A program made the translations under genes and the position numbers. The notes below the pieces were generated by a model. It did no database searches. It saw nothing but the letters and a program-made list of their open reading frames with translations, and was not told the origin of the DNA. Shown piece after piece: positions 7,345 to 11,912 of a DNA stretch of 11,912 bases; the first letter of the stretch is position 1, and each line of letters starts with the position of its first letter. This DNA comes from Paraspadella gotoi (Eukaryota; Animalia; Chaetognatha): assembly GCA_051294375.1 (NCBI GenBank), contig JBJCIZ010001476.1, positions 1-11,912 of the forward strand. The letters run 5' to 3'.

Positions 7345-10300
7345 CTGAAGCCAGACAAAAAGTACGACAGAAAAAATAAATCACAAATTTAGCGACAATT
7401 AAATACTTGTTCACACTCGTCGTGATAAAAAAGGACAGATGTTTTAAAAGCGTCAAAGGTAATTTTAAAACTGATTTCCGAAGCGTTCAAAATTTAAAAA
7501 AAAAAAAAATACAAAAAGGCAAAGTGGACCAAAGTGTGGTTTGTTTTTATAAAGCAGCAAAAAACAGAAACCGTCATTCATCATAAACACCGAGCGGACG
7601 AGTGGCGCAGGCCGTCGACGCGAAATATGACGCAATCACGTCAACGGCGATTGTTTGGCGCAGGTGTGGGGACGTCTATTCCTGCCTCTCGCCGATCGGC
7701 CGTCCGGTGATGTCTTCGTTGTTCAGGATTCCGGTTTCGTTTGTACAATTTGAAAGAACAGAAAGGGAAGGAGGAGGAGGAGGAGAGGAGTATATGGTTT
7801 CCGTTACGAGGCAGAGACCCTTTTTGTTTCGAGCGACAAAAATAATATATATTTATTTTTTTATGTATTTACTTTTTATTTATTAATTTATTTACGTTTT
7901 TTAAAGATTTTTCCCCTTTAACGGTTATCGTAAGACTATATGAGAAGAATTACTGACTAAGACCCTTTTGGTCCAACGCACTCGTGGTCATGTTAACCAG
8001 AGCGAACTTTTTAGCTTCCCATCTTTCCAGGAATACCCACTTTTCCAACTGTCCAGTTACCCCACCCTGCTTTTTTTTAAAGTTGTTCGCCGTTTATTTT
8101 GGGGATTTGTTTTGATCTGGTGGTGGAGATTGGTGAAATTGAAAGGAACATAAGGCCCATAGCAAAGCGAATTTGCGCACAACGACCTGGAAATGGACAA
8201 AAAAAAATGAGGGCGGAGAAAGACAAAGGAGCGAGAGATAGAGAGAGAGAGAGCAGAAAAGCGCTGAAGAAAAAGAAAACGTTTAACTTGAAATAAGTGT
8301 AGTTATTACCAAAGAATGGGTCTCAAAGAAAAAAAAAACGATAATTAGGAGAGAAAAAAGAAAGAACTTGTTGAAACGAAACAGAGAGAGAAAGAGGGGA
8401 GGGAATAAGTGAGATTAGAAGGGGAGAGGTGAGGTGGGTGCTAAAAGCTCTCTTTTGTTTTCGCGCGATTCCTGCGCTGACGAGTAAACGAGAATTTTTA
8501 AAAACAAGAGAAAAAATCAAAATAAAAAAAACTTTTACTAGAATAGTGTTGTTGTCTCTGCCGTTTCCGCCACTGTCGCCGGCGCCGGCGTCCGCTGGTC
8601 CTTGCTCTCCTCTCTCAATTCTCACCGGACTTTTTAAACTGATTCAATAGGTTCACTTCACCGTCAATCAGGCGCCTAGTCATCGCCTTAAAATCTTCTT
8701 CATGGTCTTCACAATCTTCTTCATACGTGTACCCACTTCCCGAACAATTACCACTAAAAGCTTTTCTCTACTCATCTTCCTGACCTTCTCTCCCGTCTCT
8801 CCAAACTCTCTCTCTCACTTGTTTCCAATATACACCCTCAGATGTCGCTCAGGTCCTTTCACTGTCATGTCCCTTTACCTATACTCTATTACAAACCAGA
8901 TTTTTTCTTATTATTATTTAAATGTGTGCGCCTAATGATATTACATTCTCGTCTCGTCCGTTACCGCTACCTCCTATGGTTTAATTTACATTTTCTCTCT
9001 TATTATTAATTTATTGTCGTTTTCGTAATAATAGTATTTAATTTATTTTTCTTCAGCCACAAGCCAACTCATCCTCTCTCAACTCACGGCCCCTCCTCTC
9101 TCCGATATGTTTTATAACACAAGATACATCAGTCTCTCGAGTATGTCCCTGTTATCGCAAATCCCTTCGTGAACCCATTTCATATCTGGATGATCTCCGC
9201 TGGCGTGCGACGAAGCCAAGAGAGATTGAGAGTCTTCGTGTCTGATTGCTATTTATTGCTGTCGAGCAACCACAAACAATCCGAGGTTTCACGCTCTTTG
9301 TCATATCGAATACTCTATAGACGTAAATGCTTGCATAACATTCTCAGCTCTGCCGTGGTCGATTTGAGTGCATATTATCGTCGGTCTCTCGATGTTCTGT
9401 GTGTGGTGTGGTTTGAGTGTCTTTTTTTTCGCCTCGTTTGTTTGACACTATCTAAATGCCAAATAAAATAAAATAACTTCACTTACACGCTAAAATATAA
9501 AAAAGTTTGGGTATCGATGTCAAGTAATCTAGTAAAAACCACTCGAAAGCAAATGCGCACAAGCCAGATTGCTCGGTATCAAGCTTTCCGTTCCCAATTC
9601 GCGTCGACTGCTCTTTTTTCCTTTCACTAATTTGCCCCGAGTCCCGCGGAACTTGCATGAATTGAAGTTTAAATACTGGTATCGAGTTTTATTAAGAATG
9701 CTAAAAAAAAAAAAAAAAACAGTAGAAAAAAATGTTTCAACCGGGGAATAAAAAAAAAGAAGAAAAATAGGTCGGAGGTTAGTGAAGAATTTTCGTTCGA
9801 AGTGAGAAATTTCACGCGTTGGGATTACATTTACAAACCTTGTGAACTCGGACGGAGCTCTGGGCTACACAGGCGTCGAGGAGGACAAAAGGAGGGGGCC
9901 CGGGGGGGGGGGAACTCCTGCGTGGAATGAGAAGAACCCCTCCTCCTCCACATTCATGGGCAAAAGAGAGGATGAATGAAGATGAGAATGGAGAAAACAA
10001 AGATGGATGAGGAGAAACTTAAAGTGAAGCAAAATGTGAGAAAAAAGTTACGTAGTACTCATGGATGTCTGTGAACAATCTGAACATGTATTTAGATGAA
10101 AGTATAGAGAAATAAGATGGAAGATGGAGGACAAAGAAAGGTGATGATTGATGCAGATGATGCAGATGATGCAGATGATGATGCATTGCGATGGCTGGTG
10201 ACGACGCTTAGGGAAGGAGGAACACACTCTGCATCAAAAACGAATTCATTGAATTATTAAATGTCGCGAAAAGAAGAGGGAAAAAACAGGCTTGCGCCTG

Positions 10301-10381
10301 AAACACAATAAAGGAGCAGCGAAAGAGAGAGAGAAAGATAGAAAGAAAGAAGAAAGAAAGAAAAGAAAGAAAGAATGAAAG

Positions 10382-10418
<37 letters not shown>

Positions 10419-11912
10419 AGAGAGAGAGAGAGAGAGAGAGCAGACAGAGAGAGAGAATCACACTCGTAGAGAGCGAGAACAAACAAAATACCCAAAAAAC
10501 GTTTTACCTGTTTCCTTTCCATAGATCGTGATTGAAATCGCGAAGAAAGGAAACAGATTCAGCGTCCCTCAGACTTTCGAGTCGCGCGAATATCCATAAT
10601 CGCAGTTGGCATGATTGATCTTTTGAGAGACAAACACGTTCCCATGTTCACGCGTTAACATCCACTTTAAGCCGATCAAAGCTCTTTCATCCAATCACCT
10701 TCGGGATGTATTAAATGTTCAAAACCATTCAAAATCTATTTTTTTCTCCAGAAACGAAAAGATCATTTGTGAAGTGAAGAAGTGAATTGCTCAATCCCGA
10801 TCACTATTGTTATCAGTCTCTCTAGCATATGCGTCATTAAAAAGAAATGTTTTTTTTCGTAAATTTGTCAAAAAATTTTTTTTATGTGTCCCTCGTAAAT
10901 TTAGTAAAACATGCTCATCGTTTATTTTTAGAGTAAAATTTACTTTATGACATATGCACCTATCCTGAATGTAATTTCGGCCACGAGAAACTTAATTGCC
11001 TTCCAACCGACTCCAGTCACATTTTTCAAAGTCACACTCTCCTCACAATATCAACAATCAGCGACCGAACAACTGACCATTGAACTGTTTCTCTCTTCTC
11101 TTTTCCTCCTAACTCCCCCCCCTCCCCTTTCTTCTTCTCCCCGAAATTTATTGGTTTTTCATCGACTTCCAAAGACGTTGACGACGACAACAACGACGAC
11201 AACAACGACGACGGCGGCATCAAAAGAAACAAAAAACTTTTCTATTTTTTTCCTCCACTGAAAACTAAAAAAAAAAAAAATGACGAAACCGAAGACGTTG
11301 ATGACGACGATAGCGACGACGATGACGACCATGAGGACGATAGCGACGACGATGACGACCAGGACGACGATACCGACGACGATGACGACCGTGACGTTTC
11401 AAAAACATTTTCATCTTCTCGCTACGAAGATGAGTTACGACGACGGCGACGACGACAGGATTTCGAAGATCCGAAGAGCGACACATACTACTCGATCGAC
11501 GAGTGCGACCACCTTCATGACGAGGATGATGATTGATGATCATGATGATGAAGATGACGACGATGACGACGACTATGACCTCGATTCTCACGAATTTCCC
11601 CAGGCGTCACGGGCGTCACTGGCGTCACTGGCGCCTGTGACGCGCCGTGACCTTGAATCCTCTTCCCTTTTTCTTCCGGTTCTGCCAATAGTCTCGTCAC
11701 CTTTTGATCCAACCCTTCCGATACGAGCACAACACTCCCGTCCACTCCCCGCGACCACTCCTCGCTCCCGTTTATGAATCGTTTCGATCTTTTGAAAGAA
11801 GAAGAGGAAGAGGAGGAAGAGGAAGCGGAGGAAGAGGAGCAAGAGAAAGAGGAGAATGATGAGGGGGAAAAAACGATGATGAGTTTGGTCTTGGGAGTCT
11901 GAAATCTGGGAG
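6968..11912 (-). CDS. Putative multi-exon testican/SPOCK/SPARC-like extracellular proteoglycan gene; 5' end beyond the window; frameshifted
   Basis: Ordered minus-strand fragments: hydrophobic leader (11790-11870), CSDC (10075-10086), LLDACVAQSSVRVHKVCKC (Kazal end), CAFAFEWF..LLDID (EC-like), VKPRIVCG...HPDMKWVHEGIC (second Kazal), SGSG..EEDCEDHEEDFKAMTRRLID, KFALLW..C....PPDQ, NCTNE...VPT.C...YFASTAC (thyroglobulin-1-like). Multiple GT-AG junctions on the same strand. Confidence 0.55.
7570..7752 (-). CDS. Putative exon: thyroglobulin type-1-like region
   Basis: NCTNETGILNNEDITGRPIGE / DVPT.C / SYFASTAC. Compare testican CQNE...G.FIPRC...GYYKATQC. The diagnostic CWCV is not clearly present. 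Confidence 0.3.
7896..8186 (-). CDS. Putative exon: EC (EF-hand pair)-like region
   Basis: Acceptor tttccag, then VVVRKFALLWALCSFQFHQSPPPDQ / LEKWVFLER / KDGKL..LW. Weak similarity to the SPARC pattern WKFCxLD..PxD...LEHC..FLxxCD..D..I...EW. Confidence 0.3.
8626..8931 (-). CDS. Putative exon: Ser-Gly/acidic linker and first helix of an EC-like domain
   Basis: FSGNCSGSGYTYEEDCEDHEEDFKAMTRRLIDGEVNLLNQFKKS. Compare C...EL..L..RL.DW of SPARC/testican. Donor gtgaga; the exon may extend to ~8540. Confidence 0.45.
9088..9451 (-). CDS. Exon: follistatin-N plus Kazal domain 2
   Basis: ICTQIDHGRAE / LCKH / VKPRIVCGCSTAINSNQT / HASGDHPDMKWVHEGICDNRDILERLMYL. Follows a 35-nt gtaagt...tttag intron; donor gtgagt. 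Confidence 0.55.
9487..9700 (-). CDS. Exon: basic linker plus EC/EF-hand-like start
   Basis: Acceptor poly-T-ag, donor gtaagt. ILNKTRYQYLNFNSCKFRGTRGKLVKGKKSSRRELGTESLIPSN / LCAFAFEWF / LLDIDTQ. Compare testican CKDSLGWMFNxLD. Confidence 0.5.
9816..9917 (-). CDS. Exon: C-terminal half of Kazal domain 1
   Basis: LLDACVAQSSVRVHKVCKCNPN resembles the Kazal ending CxLxxxAC......VxHxGxCxC of testican/FSTL proteins. Acceptor cgcag, donor gtgaaa. Confidence 0.55.
10052..10228 (-). CDS. Putative exon ending in the CxxC that precedes Kazal 1
   Basis: Acceptor gatgcag, then CVPPSLSVVTSHRNASSSASSASSAS / LNTCSDCSQTS, then donor gtaact. Confidence 0.4.
10150..10185. repeat. 9-bp tandem repeat (gatgcagat) x3-4
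   Basis: Directly visible; encodes SSA repeats on the minus strand. Confidence 0.85.
10321..10456. repeat. Compound (GA)n/(GAAA)n microsatellite, probably intronic
   Basis: Directly visible polypurine tract. Confidence 0.95.
10508..10735 (-). CDS. Putative exon (N-terminal/follistatin-N-like part)
   Basis: Acceptor aatag, donor cag|gtaaaa. Fragments EHLIHPEGDWMKEL / DRLKVDVNA / MGTCLS / DQSCQLRLW. Confidence 0.4.
11300..11396. repeat. 30-bp minisatellite (~3.3 copies) within a (GAC/GAT)n-rich region
   Basis: Units gatgacgaccatgaggacgatagcgacgac (11321-11350) and gatgacgaccaggacgacgataccgacgac (11351-11380), with partial copies on both sides. Confidence 0.85.
11590..11912 (-). CDS. Candidate N-terminal exon with signal peptide or signal anchor
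   Basis: Frame is open to the window end: HHRFFPLIILLFLLLLFLRFLFLLFLFFFQKIETIHKRERG... The hydrophobic run is encoded by a (CTC/TTC) low-complexity tract, so it may be fortuitous. Confidence 0.35.
11602..11634. repeat. 9-bp tandem repeat (ggcgtcacK) x3
   Basis: ggcgtcacg ggcgtcact ggcgtcact ggcgcc. Confidence 0.85.

Noticed and set aside
6970-7350. Plus-strand coding-like stretch with NLS-like KRARKK and VELDLVK...GKEFKKVFVRP
   Set aside because: No recognisable family and it needs frameshifts. It is explained as the antisense of the T-rich minus-strand terminal exon, though not fully excluded.
8540-8625. Collagen-like GEQGPA in ORF 8323-8625
   Set aside because: Only two Gly-X-Y triplets. 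It may be a linker in gene 2 but is not a collagen domain.
9487-9489. 3-nt microexon (ttttag CGT gtaagt)
   Set aside because: Upstream sequence reads as coding (LLDIDTQTFYILA) within a larger exon that has a strong acceptor at 9701.
10208-10522. Hydrophobic ORFs 10208-10522 and 10246-10482 as membrane proteins
   Set aside because: They are translations of the (GA)/(GAAA) microsatellite.
11300-11396. CRISPR-like array
   Set aside because: Contiguous tandem units without unique spacers, in eukaryotic DNA.
10947-11777. Plus-strand Thr/Asp-rich ORFs 10947-11261 and 11280-11777
   Set aside because: They stay open because of stop-poor triplet repeats; no domain signal, and the surrounding splice signals favour the minus strand.

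Overview
AT-rich animal (metazoan) genomic DNA with GT-AG introns, microsatellites and dense 1-nt indels typical of unpolished long-read sequence. The supplied ORF track mostly misses the real genes, so the protein readings below are manual translations with inferred frameshift corrections. Three main components. (1) A multi-exon minus-strand gene at <1-2575, with a possible first exon at 6437-6529. It encodes a clear laminin N-terminal (LN) domain with laminin-gamma-type motifs, about three laminin-EGF (LE) repeats and a probable NTR/C345C-like domain, i.e. netrin-like architecture. (2) A ~2.9 kb foldback-like element (2677-5615) with ~810-840 bp inverted arms around a ~1.3 kb spacer with no recognisable coding region. 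It begins TTAA|CACG and probably lies in the first intron of gene 1. (3) A second, more tentative minus-strand multi-exon gene at ~6968->11912 with follistatin/Kazal, SPARC-EC-like and thyroglobulin-1-like fragments and a Ser-Gly-Ser-Gly acidic motif. It resembles testican/SPOCK but appears to have duplicated modules and possibly a C-terminal membrane anchor. No prokaryotic, CRISPR or RNA-gene features were found.
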